Made by a program: the position numbers and the translations under genes
Shown here: one piece after another, positions 7,806 to 15,307 of the stretch
How positions within the stretch are numbered: the stretch's first letter is position 1
Layout of the letters: every line of letters begins with the position of its first letter
The notes under the pieces: model-generated
Told to the model about the DNA's origin: nothing
The model's input: the letters and a program-made list of their open reading frames with translations, nothing else
Databases searched by the model: none
Virus record (IMG/VR): IMGVR_UViG_3300037882_002614
Span: 1 to 33,036 of that record
Strand: one strand, 5' to 3'
Length of the DNA: 33,036 bases
Origin: a virus

Positions 7806-7880
7806 TGGTTGCAGTGGCAGGAATTGAACCTGCTGCCTCATGGGTATGAACCAAGCGAGCTACCAATGCTCTACACTGCT
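7806..7880 (-). tRNA. tRNA with anticodon CAT (Met-type, or possibly initiator-like or Ile2)
   Basis: 75-nt cloverleaf on the - strand. Acceptor AGCAGTG/CACTGCA (6 bp plus an A1:A72 mismatch). D arm GAGC-ATTGGTA-GCTC. Anticodon arm CTTGG-TTCATAC-CCATG (one T:T). Variable loop AGGCA. T arm GCAGG-TTCAATT-CCTGC. Discriminator A and an encoded CCA. Confidence 0.8.
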
Positions 7881-7888
7881 TTAAAAAG

Positions 7889-7908
7889 AACCCCGCCTGC
7901 GCGGGGTT
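7889..7908. terminator. GC-rich hairpin with T-runs on both sides (bidirectional intrinsic terminator)
   Basis: aaccccgc-ctgc-gcggggtt. Followed by TTTAGTTTGTTT on the + strand and CTTTTTAA on the - strand. Confidence 0.7.
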
Positions 7909-8012
7909 TAGTTTGTTTAGGGAGGAAACGCCCAAAGAGGGCAACAATGGATGCCTAACACATCGTCTTGTAAATATTTAATAACACAGGTGATTTTTCG
8001 TTAAGCTGACTT

Positions 8013-8309
8013 TTATTTGTAAAATTTAAGAAAGGCTGTTGCAAGCGTAATAATGCCTGTTAAAAAAGCGGCGCTCATTGTAAATTTAACACTGAGCTTA
8101 TCAACACCCCGTTCAAGTGAGGTTAGGCGGGTTTCAATGCGTTCAAACCGCTCTTTGTTTTCTTTCCGCTCAATCTCAAAGCGTTCTCTGTCTTCTAAAC
8201 GTTGGGCGATAACCATTTCTGTAAGAATTTCAATGCGGGTGAGACGTGTTTCTTGGTTACTCATGGGCTTCCCTGCCGTTTTTTCATCAATTTTTTCAGC
8301 TAATGTCAT
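8013..8309 (-). CDS. Tail-anchored coiled-coil membrane protein (XhlA-like architecture, 98 aa)
   Basis: GAGGG lies 6 nt before ATG 8309. Charged heptad region (RLEDRERFEIERKENKERFERIETRLTSLERGVDKL) followed by a C-terminal TM (MSAAFLTGIITLATAFLKF). Lone minus-strand gene. Confidence 0.6.
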   Translation of the reverse strand: MTLAEKIDEKTAGKPMSNQETRLTRIEILTEMVIAQRLEDRERFEIERKENKERFERIETRLTSLERGVDKLSVKFTMSAAFLTGIITLATAFLKFYK

Positions 8310-8650
8310 GTTTGACCCTCGTTGGTGCAAGTTGCAGGATTTAACCTGATGATGCAATTATTTTTCTACCATAAATTTGAAAATAAAAAAGATTTTTTTT
8401 TATATTTAACTTGTAATTTACCATAAATGTGATAATTTCTGCTTGTTGTCGTAAAATCAACGATAATGCAGGGGTAGTAGCCTGCTTAATTGTCAACATG
8501 TAACACTCACTCCTTATGGTTGGGCGGTCGCGGTGGTGCTTTTGCACCCTTGATTACCTGTTGACAAGGCTACTAACGCTGCGATTCGCTCAACCACCAA
8601 CTTTAGTAGGTTGGTGTTGGGTTATATTAACTCAACAACAGGAGTTCACC

Positions 8651-9736
8651 ATGAGTGACCTAATTACCCATGTGTCATTTGACACAATAAAAATCCCATA
8701 TATCCTTTTAAACAATCAACCTCATGTTTCATTGCGCCCAATAGCCGAAGCTCTTTCTCTAAATTGGAAAAGCCAAAGCGAGAAGTTGGGAAATGATACG
8801 GTTTTAAATTCAGTTGTGGTGCAGAGCGCCTCAACTGGTGCGGATGGAAAGCAATATAAAATGCTCATGCTGCCGCTCAAATATCTCAACGGCTGGCTGT
8901 TTAAAGTCAACCCTGACCGCGTGAAGCCCGAAGCCCGTGACAAGGTGATTGCTTATCAACGCAATTGCTATGATGCGCTTTATGCGCATTTCTTCAATGC
9001 CACGCCTTCGGGGGTGCGTTTACCAAATGATGATTTTACATCGATGGGAACCTCAACCCTTGAAGAGGGCGAAGAAACGGGTGGTTTACTGCCAGCAGGC
9101 AGTTCTTTTTTAGCCCCAACTGAACAGGATAAGTTCGACCAACGCAGCTTTTCACTTAAATTACAGGCAGTTAACGCGGCTTCGCGCGTTTATGGGCAAA
9201 ATGCTGCTCGTAAAATGTGGGTGCAATTAGGTTTGCCTGAAATGCCCATCGATGCGACCTCGCCAGCCAGCCCCCGCGCCCTCGCGCGTCTGCATAAGCT
9301 CTCTCCTTTGCCTGAAAATGACTTGTCGCCTGCGCAAAGAGACGCGAATGAGTGTCTTTCGCATCTTTTGGCGTCAACTGCTTTGCTTAATGATAGCATT
9401 CCGCTTTGCGTTTATCTCATCGACCTCATGAATTCACGCGGTGACGAGGACTTCGATTATCAAGGCGTGATTGATATTGTCAAACGCGCGGGCATTCAAG
9501 TTGATTATGAGCAAAATTGCCTGAAAGTTGCCAATAAAAGCAAATGGCTTGATAGTCTTTACGCTGGAACGCGCTTTGCTGGCAAATATACGCTTTTCCT
9601 GCATAATTTGAAGGGTGTGCGGTGGGGTGGCAACCTTTATGTTGATGGGGCGGCTGTGGCGTGTAAATCTATCCCCATGAGTTACGCTTATGTTGCGGCA
9701 AAAGCCTATGATAACTTACGGAGGGCTTCGCTATGA
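8651..9736 (+). CDS. ant: Antirepressor with P22 Ant-type N-terminal domain (361 aa)
   Basis: MLMLPLKYLNGWLFKVNPDRVKPEARDKVIAYQRNCYDALYAHF matches the P22 Ant N-terminal pattern (LKKLNGWLFSINP...YQ.EC). CAGGAG RBS before ATG 8651. The track start at 8516 is rejected. Confidence 0.8.
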   Translation: MSDLITHVSFDTIKIPYILLNNQPHVSLRPIAEALSLNWKSQSEKLGNDTVLNSVVVQSASTGADGKQYKMLMLPLKYLNGWLFKVNPDRVKPEARDKVIAYQRNCYDALYAHFFNATPSGVRLPNDDFTSMGTSTLEEGEETGGLLPAGSSFLAPTEQDKFDQRSFSLKLQAVNAASRVYGQNAARKMWVQLGLPEMPIDATSPASPRALARLHKLSPLPENDLSPAQRDANECLSHLLASTALLNDSIPLCVYLIDLMNSRGDEDFDYQGVIDIVKRAGIQVDYEQNCLKVANKSKWLDSLYAGTRFAGKYTLFLHNLKGVRWGGNLYVDGAAVACKSIPMSYAYVAAKAYDNLRRASL

Positions 9737-9849
9737 TTGATTTCATTTTTTCACTTCAATTCATCGCTGGCGTTGGTGTTGGCGCGGCAATCGTTGGGCT
9801 TGTTGAGGCATTCATTGAACACTGTCGCCAAGGTGACGAGAGTTCATAA
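9733..9849 (+). CDS. Possible 38-aa transmembrane peptide coupled to ant
   Basis: ATGA overlap with the ant stop. Translation: MIDFIFSLQFIAGVGVGAAIVGLVEAFIEHCRQGDESS. Confidence 0.35.
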   Translation: MIDFIFSLQFIAGVGVGAAIVGLVEAFIEHCRQGDESS

Positions 9850-9881
9850 AGCCGCATAGCGTTTCGTTTCCATCGTTTTTT

Positions 9882-9907
9882 AAAGCCCCGTGAGGGGCTT
9901 TATTTTT
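9882..9907 (+). terminator. Rho-independent terminator of the ant operon
   Basis: aaagcccc-gtga-ggggcttt followed by ATTTTTAAT. Confidence 0.8.
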
Positions 9908-9964
9908 AATAAAAAAAATATTCTAGTGTGAAAACTCCACTTAACTCGCTGTTTTTTAACCCCC

Positions 9965-9993
9965 TTGACCATAGATTAACACGTTGAATAATA
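9965..9993 (+). promoter_or_regulatory. Sigma70-like promoter candidate
   Basis: TTGACC (9965-9970), 17-nt spacer, ATAATA (9988-9993). Confidence 0.3.
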
Positions 9994-10060
9994 ACAATAA
10001 ATTTTGTTAAACCACCTAAAGTTATCAACAGGCGCAACAGGCGCAAATTCACCCCCTCAA

Positions 10061-10095
10061 CCCCTTACCCCTACCCATTAGGTTAGGTTAAGGGG
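10061..10095. other. Imperfect C-tract/G-tract hairpin
   Basis: ccccttacccctaccc - atta - ggttaggttaagggg, with about 13 of 15 positions able to pair. Confidence 0.4.
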
Positions 10096-10253
10096 CAGAA
10101 TGAGGCTTCGCCTTAAGCGTGTGGGGTGTGTGGTATAAATCGATTAAGTCATGGTGCCGAAGGGTTCGGGTGTATATTTATTATGAAGGTTGCAAGGTCA
10201 TAATTTGCTCATAATATTTTATTTTATCTATTTTACAATGACTTAAACCCCAT

Positions 10254-10349
10254 TTATTATGTTATTATGTTATTATGAGCAATAGAGCTGTTTATGCGGT
10301 TGCGCGCGCGTATGAGGAAATACGTCATAATAACATAATAACATAATAA
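10254..10349. repeat. Perfect 25-bp inverted repeat built from 3x8-bp iterons (TTATTATG), 46-bp spacer
   Basis: 10254-10278 (ttattatgttattatgttattatga) is the exact reverse complement of 10325-10349. The spacer contains a (GC)4 run at 10302-10310. Confidence 0.95.
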
Positions 10350-10386
10350 TACTCTATAATATATTGATATATATAATAAAAAAGCT

Positions 10387-10408
10387 ATTATGCCGATATT
10401 ATGCCGAT
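10387..10408. repeat. Tandem 11-bp direct repeat ATTATGCCGAT x2
   Basis: 10387-10397 and 10398-10408 are identical. They share the TTATG core with the iterons and follow a nearly pure AT tract (10353-10385). Confidence 0.9.
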
Positions 10409-10539
10409 TTTCCAAACATAATAAATGGCGTTGATTTTGGGTGATTTCCGTTAAAACGAACAAAAACGCTGCAAATTTCAGATAATTGCTTAACGCCCGT
10501 TCTTCCAAGTTTATAAAACGAATATAGATTAGGGCAAAT

Positions 10540-11058
10540 ATGAACAAGTCGGCACTAGGCAATGAGATTGACCAATTGAGGGGTGTTGCGGATGGCACAC
10601 ACGCGCCCGCTGGTGGTGAAAATTTGGCAAGTGGCGCGGATTTTCAGCTTGATATGCTGATGAATGAGGAAGATGAGGCGTTGCTTTATCGTTCAGAGGT
10701 CGAGCGGTCACGGGGCAGACCAAAGGGGCGGGTCAATCGGTCAACCGAACAGATGCGCTCTTTCATCGCGAATAACGGGTTCAAAGACCCGCTTTTGTTT
10801 CTCGCAAGCACCTATTCGCGTGATATTGAGGAATTGGCGAAGGAGTTGGGTGTGTCGCGTGGTGAGGCGTTCAGCTTCATGCAACGTGCGGCGTTCTATG
10901 CCTTGCCCTATTTGCATCAGAAAACACCTACCGCGATTGAGTTGCCACCTGATACACCGCGCGGGCTTATCGTCATTGAGGGTGGTGAGTTCACAGCGCA
11001 TCGAACCGCAAGAGATGACGGTGTCATGTCCATTCATGAAAGTGAGCCATCGCCATGA
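10540..11058 (+). CDS. terS: Terminase small subunit candidate (172 aa)
   Basis: Lies upstream of terL. Basic RGRPKGRVNRSTEQ segment followed by a helical DNA-binding-like region (IEELAKELGVSRGEAFSFMQRAA). Confidence 0.5.
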   Translation: MNKSALGNEIDQLRGVADGTHAPAGGENLASGADFQLDMLMNEEDEALLYRSEVERSRGRPKGRVNRSTEQMRSFIANNGFKDPLLFLASTYSRDIEELAKELGVSRGEAFSFMQRAAFYALPYLHQKTPTAIELPPDTPRGLIVIEGGEFTAHRTARDDGVMSIHESEPSP

Positions 11059-11411
11059 AAAAATCATTGTTTTTCAATGTGTTAACACGGCGTAGAAATA
11101 GCAGTCGCACGCTTGACAGTCGCACAAAGCGCAAGTTTCCGTTTAAAATCAACGGGTTAGTATGTCTCATACCACTGATTAGAAATCAGTTGCGTTTCAC
11201 TTATAGGGGGGAGACATCGATAGACCCCCCCGCCCTTTCGCCTGCTGCGGCGCGAAATTTTTCCGCGAGTTTCAAAAATTCCAACCGCGCCCCCCTCCTA
11301 GGGGTGTTGCGTTTGACACACACGGGAGTTTGTCTTTTCAAAACGGCTGAAAAAAAAATCGAAATAAAAGGGGTGAGGGTTAAGGGTTTAGGGGGGGCGG
11401 GTCATGCGTGA
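11055..11411 (+). CDS. Doubtful ORF filling the terS-terL spacer (118 aa)
   Basis: ATGA start overlap, and the end overlaps the terL start. But the product is R/K/S/L-rich with few acidic residues, and the DNA is full of homopolymer runs and hairpins. It may be non-coding. Confidence 0.25.
   Translation: MKKSLFFNVLTRRRNSSRTLDSRTKRKFPFKINGLVCLIPLIRNQLRFTYRGETSIDPPALSPAAARNFSASFKNSNRAPLLGVLRLTHTGVCLFKTAEKKIEIKGVRVKGLGGAGHA
11370..11401 (+). other. Canonical G-quadruplex motif overlapping the terL ribosome-binding site
   Basis: GGGG-tga-GGG-ttaa-GGG-ttta-GGGGGGG-c-GGG ends 2 nt before ATG 11404. Confidence 0.6.
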
Positions 11412-13032
11412 AGATGTTAAGAAGGTTCTCGCTGAACTTGAAAAAGCCTATGATTTGAAATTTCCGCGTCAACAGCTTTATTCGCTTTCGTCTTACACCC
11501 CGCCAGGTCCTGTGTGTGCCGCTTATATTTATTCGGCAGGTCCTGTTGATATTATTTCGGGTCCAGGGGGTTCTGGTAAAACGATTGGGTCAATCTTCAA
11601 AATTATTCGTTACGCGGCGCAGGTCGCACCTGTTTGTAAAGACGGGCGAATTCGCGTGGCTGGTGTTGGCGTTAAGGATAATTACCGAACGCTTTACAGA
11701 ACAATGCTGCGCTCATGGCTGCACTTTTTCCCGCTTGATAAATATCCTGAATTTTCGGGTGGTCAAGATAGACCCGCAAAGCACGTTATCAAGCTTTCGA
11801 CTATTCGCAAAACCAATGTGCCGCCTGAATTTGCAGGCAAGGAATTGCCGATTGATATTAGCATGGACTTTTTCGCTTTGGGTGACCAAACGGTTGAAGA
11901 AGCGTTGAAGGGCTATGAGCCTTCGATTGGTTGGTTAAATGAAGGCGATACCATTTCGCCGCGCGCCATTCCGTTTCTTTATTCAAGAACGGGGCGTTAC
12001 CCGCCGCTTGATGATATTCACGAATATCATAAGCCTTATGAGGGTGTGCCGCGTATGGTTTGCGTTGATTTTAACCCTACCGATATTGACCACCCTTTAT
12101 GGGCTGCCTGTCAAAAGGGAACTTTCCAAGAAAACCTTCCTGAAGGTGCTAAGCGCATGGTGAATTTCTTTCACCAGCCTTCGGGTTTGTCGCCTGAAGG
12201 GGAGAACCGCAAGGGTAAGTCGCTGCAAAGCTATCAAGAAGACGCCGCTAGCATGACAGAAAATGACGTGCAAAGGTTCGTTCATGGGCTTCCTGCTTTT
12301 GCGCAAGATGGCAAGCCTGTCTATGGTGCTGAGTTTGATTTAAGAACACATGTGGCGCAAGAGCCGTTAAAGCCCGTTCCGAACATTCCATTGAACATTG
12401 GCTTTGACCAAGGCTTAAGACCTGCTGCGATATTCTTTCAAGACTTGCCATCGGGTCAAGTTCGTATTTACGATGAGCTTGCGCCTGAAGGTGGCACGGG
12501 TATTGAGCGATTTGTGCGCATGGTTTTATACGTCATGGAAACGCGTTTTAAAGGCTTGCCTAAGGGTAGGTATTATTCTGACCCTGCAGGCTTCTATGGG
12601 GCTGACACAGCCAATTCTGACCTCTCTTGGGCAACAGCGTTAGGCTTTGCGCTTGGCAACCCTGTAGAGCCTGCGCCTTCGCAAGAGCCGCTTGTGCGTC
12701 AAGAGGCGGTGCGCCATGCTTTGAATTACAAAATTGACGCAAAAACGGCGGGTTTAATTATCGACCCTTGTTGCAAGATGCTGATTGCAGGCTTTGCGGC
12801 GCATTATAAATATCGGCGGATAAAATCTGGGCAGGGTGATAGGTTTGAGGATAGACCTGAAAAAAACAAATATTCTAACCCGCATGATGCGCTGCAATAT
12901 GGCTTGCTGGGTGTGCGAGGGGTTAGTTCAGTGGTTAACTTGGCGGCGCGTGGTGGGCGCGGCAATTATTTTGAACCGCCAAATCAACAGGGTAACTCAC
13001 TCAATTTCGATGTTCATTCGTTATGGACGTAA
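11404..13032 (+). CDS. terL: Terminase large subunit (542 aa)
   Basis: Walker A GPGGSGKT near the N-terminus. Size and position immediately before the portal module. Confidence 0.85.
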   Translation: MREDVKKVLAELEKAYDLKFPRQQLYSLSSYTPPGPVCAAYIYSAGPVDIISGPGGSGKTIGSIFKIIRYAAQVAPVCKDGRIRVAGVGVKDNYRTLYRTMLRSWLHFFPLDKYPEFSGGQDRPAKHVIKLSTIRKTNVPPEFAGKELPIDISMDFFALGDQTVEEALKGYEPSIGWLNEGDTISPRAIPFLYSRTGRYPPLDDIHEYHKPYEGVPRMVCVDFNPTDIDHPLWAACQKGTFQENLPEGAKRMVNFFHQPSGLSPEGENRKGKSLQSYQEDAASMTENDVQRFVHGLPAFAQDGKPVYGAEFDLRTHVAQEPLKPVPNIPLNIGFDQGLRPAAIFFQDLPSGQVRIYDELAPEGGTGIERFVRMVLYVMETRFKGLPKGRYYSDPAGFYGADTANSDLSWATALGFALGNPVEPAPSQEPLVRQEAVRHALNYKIDAKTAGLIIDPCCKMLIAGFAAHYKYRRIKSGQGDRFEDRPEKNKYSNPHDALQYGLLGVRGVSSVVNLAARGGRGNYFEPPNQQGNSLNFDVHSLWT

Positions 13033-13436
13033 TAACCCCTGCGCCGTTTTTTGACATAATCGCGTTAAGTCAACGCTATGCAGGCTTAAAGCCGATGAAC
13101 CATCGCGTGTTAACCTATCAAGCAACCTGCGCTCATTCGGCGGCATTTGTTGATAGTAAGCGCGGAACATTAGCGGTTTTGCTTGCTATGCCCTTTCCTG
13201 AAGGCAATGTTTTTGAGGTGGCAACTTTAGGGCTTAACGCTGAAAGTTTGCAAAAAGATATGCTGGGCTTGGTGCGATTGGCTAACTTAACGCTGCAAAA
13301 ATGGCGGTATGAGTTAAATATTGAAAAATATAGGGCGCATGTTTTGAAGGGGAATGAAGCTGGGCAAAGATTGTGCCAGCTCATTCATTTCAAAAGAACG
13401 ACTGAACTTGACACTTATTTTGTTTACGAGGGGTAA
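13023..13436 (+). CDS. Hypothetical 137-aa protein (weak GNAT-like pattern)
   Basis: C-terminal AHVLKGNEAGQRLCQLIHFKRT resembles the GNAT N..A..lY..lGF segment. There is no clear acetyl-CoA glycine motif. Confidence 0.5.
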   Translation: MDVITPAPFFDIIALSQRYAGLKPMNHRVLTYQATCAHSAAFVDSKRGTLAVLLAMPFPEGNVFEVATLGLNAESLQKDMLGLVRLANLTLQKWRYELNIEKYRAHVLKGNEAGQRLCQLIHFKRTTELDTYFVYEG

Positions 13437-13438
13437 AA

Positions 13439-13693
13439 ATGGCACAGGTTTTAACACTAGCAGGCGCAGCAATGGGCTTATTTAGTAGTTTTTCGGGTGG
13501 CGGCGGCGATAATGGCGCTGCTGAAACAGCGCGCCAACAGCAACAGGTGGCACAAGCGCGACAAGAGCAGGTGGCGCAAGAAAACCAAGCCTTGCAGGCG
13601 CGAGATAGCGCGGGGCTTTTAGCACCTAAAACAGGTCGGCGTGCGCTTGTCTCGGGTGCTGATGGCGGGTTAACTGATAATACGTTAGGCTAA
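13439..13693 (+). CDS. Small Gln-rich protein with hydrophobic N-terminus (84 aa)
   Basis: MAQVLTLAGAAMGLFSSF followed by a QQQQVAQARQEQVAQENQ coil. Lies just before the portal gene. Confidence 0.55.
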   Translation: MAQVLTLAGAAMGLFSSFSGGGGDNGAAETARQQQQVAQARQEQVAQENQALQARDSAGLLAPKTGRRALVSGADGGLTDNTLG

Positions 13694-13696
13694 ACA

Positions 13697-15307
13697 ATGG
13701 ATTTTAAACGCTTAAAACAAAATAATACGGCGGCTTGGGCAGAGCGTGATGTTTGGCAACCAATTTATGACGAGTGCTATGCCTATTGTGTCCCGCAAAG
13801 AAATGTTTACGGTTCTTCAAACGCACATAAAAAACGTGAAATATTTGACGCGACAGCCATTAAAGCACTTTCAAAGTTTGCGGCGCAATTTCAGCAAGAT
13901 TTCTTTCCACCAGGTGAACCGTTTTTTAAATTGACGCTTGGTCCAATCGCAAGGCAGGCTCTTGGTCAAGAGGCTGCAGCTTATGACGCAAGTCTTGAAG
14001 AGATTTCAGACGTAATGCAGCCGTTCTTTTTGAAGGGGGGGTTTGATAATTGCGTTAATGAAATGGGTGTCGATTTAGCGATTGGCATGGCGGTGATGCT
14101 GATTGTTGAGCAACAAAGCGAAGATGACCCCATTCAGTTTTTAAATATTCCGATTGATCAATGCGCCGTGACGCTAAACAATGCGGGTGATACAAAGGCG
14201 GTTTATTGGAAAACCACATTCACCAAAAACCAAATCAAGGAAAATTACCCTGAAGGAAGCTTCCCCGCTGATTTTATGAAAGCCAATGGCGAAGACGGCA
14301 ATGAGAAGGTGACTTTGCACCAAGATTTTTATCAAGAAGGTAAGCAGTGGCGATTATGCGCCTATGTTGAAAAATCAGAAAAACCGATTGCCGAACAAAA
14401 ATTTGATGAGCAGCCGATTATTGCCGTTCCATTTTCTCGCATACCAGGTGAGAATATGGGGCGTGGTCCGTTGCTTAATGCTTTGCCTGATATTAAAACC
14501 TTAAACACTGCAAAAGAGATGATGTTAAAGGCTTCGGCTTTGTCGATGCTAGGGGTTTTTATTTATAAGGCAGGAGGTGCCTTCAACCCGAACACTGCGC
14601 CTTTATCGCCAGGTAAATTTTGGCCTGTGCAATATACGGGCGGCGTGATGGGGGCTGATGTTCAAAAGCTTGATTTAGGCGGCGGCAATAATATGCAGGT
14701 TGGGCAGTTGCTCACCAGTGAATTAAAACAATCGGTAAGTGATTTCTTATATGAAGATAATCTGCCTGAACGGGGAAAAACCCCGCTCTCCGCAAGCGAA
14801 GTTGTTTATCGTAAAACCAACGGGAAAGAAATTAGGTTTAACACCTTAACACGCTTTGTGCGACCGCTTAATACGTTTATCGTGCAGCGTGTCATGGGGG
14901 TGCTTTATCGTAAAAAGCTGATTGATAATAAGCTGAATATTGATTTGCTCATGCTTGGCATTGAGATTTTAAGCCCGCTTGCGCAAACATTAAAACTGAC
15001 GCGCTGGAAATCTGTTTTAGATTATCTGCAAGTCTTAAGCGCGAGTGGCGTTCCGCCACAAAGTCAAGTTGATGTGAACGGTATTTATAGCGAAATGGCG
15101 CGTGATTTTGATGTGCCTACACGGTTTATCATTACGGATGAACAGCGAAAACAGCAAGAACAGCAAGCGCAACAGCAAGCCGCCATGCAGCAAATGGCTG
15201 AATTTGTGACGCAAAATCCTGAAGCTTTAGGCGGCATGATGGGCGGTGGTGGGCAACCACAAGCGCAAGGGCAGCCTCAGCCTCAACCTCAACAGACGGT
15301 GATGTAA
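13697..15307 (+). CDS. Portal (head-tail connector) protein, T7 gp8-like (536 aa)
   Basis: Follows terL. Same length as T7 gp8, with a similar N-terminal pattern. Q/P-rich C-terminal tail. Confidence 0.8.
   Translation: MDFKRLKQNNTAAWAERDVWQPIYDECYAYCVPQRNVYGSSNAHKKREIFDATAIKALSKFAAQFQQDFFPPGEPFFKLTLGPIARQALGQEAAAYDASLEEISDVMQPFFLKGGFDNCVNEMGVDLAIGMAVMLIVEQQSEDDPIQFLNIPIDQCAVTLNNAGDTKAVYWKTTFTKNQIKENYPEGSFPADFMKANGEDGNEKVTLHQDFYQEGKQWRLCAYVEKSEKPIAEQKFDEQPIIAVPFSRIPGENMGRGPLLNALPDIKTLNTAKEMMLKASALSMLGVFIYKAGGAFNPNTAPLSPGKFWPVQYTGGVMGADVQKLDLGGGNNMQVGQLLTSELKQSVSDFLYEDNLPERGKTPLSASEVVYRKTNGKEIRFNTLTRFVRPLNTFIVQRVMGVLYRKKLIDNKLNIDLLMLGIEILSPLAQTLKLTRWKSVLDYLQVLSASGVPPQSQVDVNGIYSEMARDFDVPTRFIITDEQRKQQEQQAQQQAAMQQMAEFVTQNPEALGGMMGGGGQPQAQGQPQPQPQQTVM

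Noticed and set aside
7806-7908. tRNA plus hairpin as a phage attachment site (attP)
   Set aside because: attP sites normally carry only the 3' part of a host tRNA and lie next to an integrase. Here the tRNA is full length with its own idiosyncrasies, and no recombinase gene exists in the genome.
8516-8650. N-terminal 45-aa extension of the antirepressor ORF
   Set aside because: The Trp/Leu/Cys-rich text has no RBS. A good CAGGAG RBS precedes ATG 8651, where the conserved Ant domain begins.
10254-10408. Possible CRISPR array or minus-strand ORF 10257..10598 across the repeats
   Set aside because: The repeat units are only 8-11 bp with no spacer architecture, so this is not CRISPR. The 113-aa antisense ORF is Ile/Leu/Tyr/Asn-rich, an artefact of AT-rich DNA, and has no RBS.
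10664-11095. Alternative-frame ORFs overlapping the terS candidate (10664..11095 on the + strand, 10741..11067 on the - strand)
   Set aside because: They are Arg/Ser/Cys-rich with no start context. They are fully nested in a better ORF that carries a DNA-binding-like motif.
11150-11235. tRNA-like fold in the terS-terL spacer (stem actga/tcagt with a 7-nt loop)
   Set aside because: No D arm or 7-nt T loop can be drawn. The candidate anticodon would be AGA, and the flanking stems do not form an acceptor helix.
15130-15300. CAG/CAA and CAGCCT repeats at the portal 3' end (Q-rich tail and QPQPQPQ tail)
   Set aside because: This is a low-complexity C-terminal tail of a structural protein. It could vary in length, but there is no evidence that it is more than a flexible tail.
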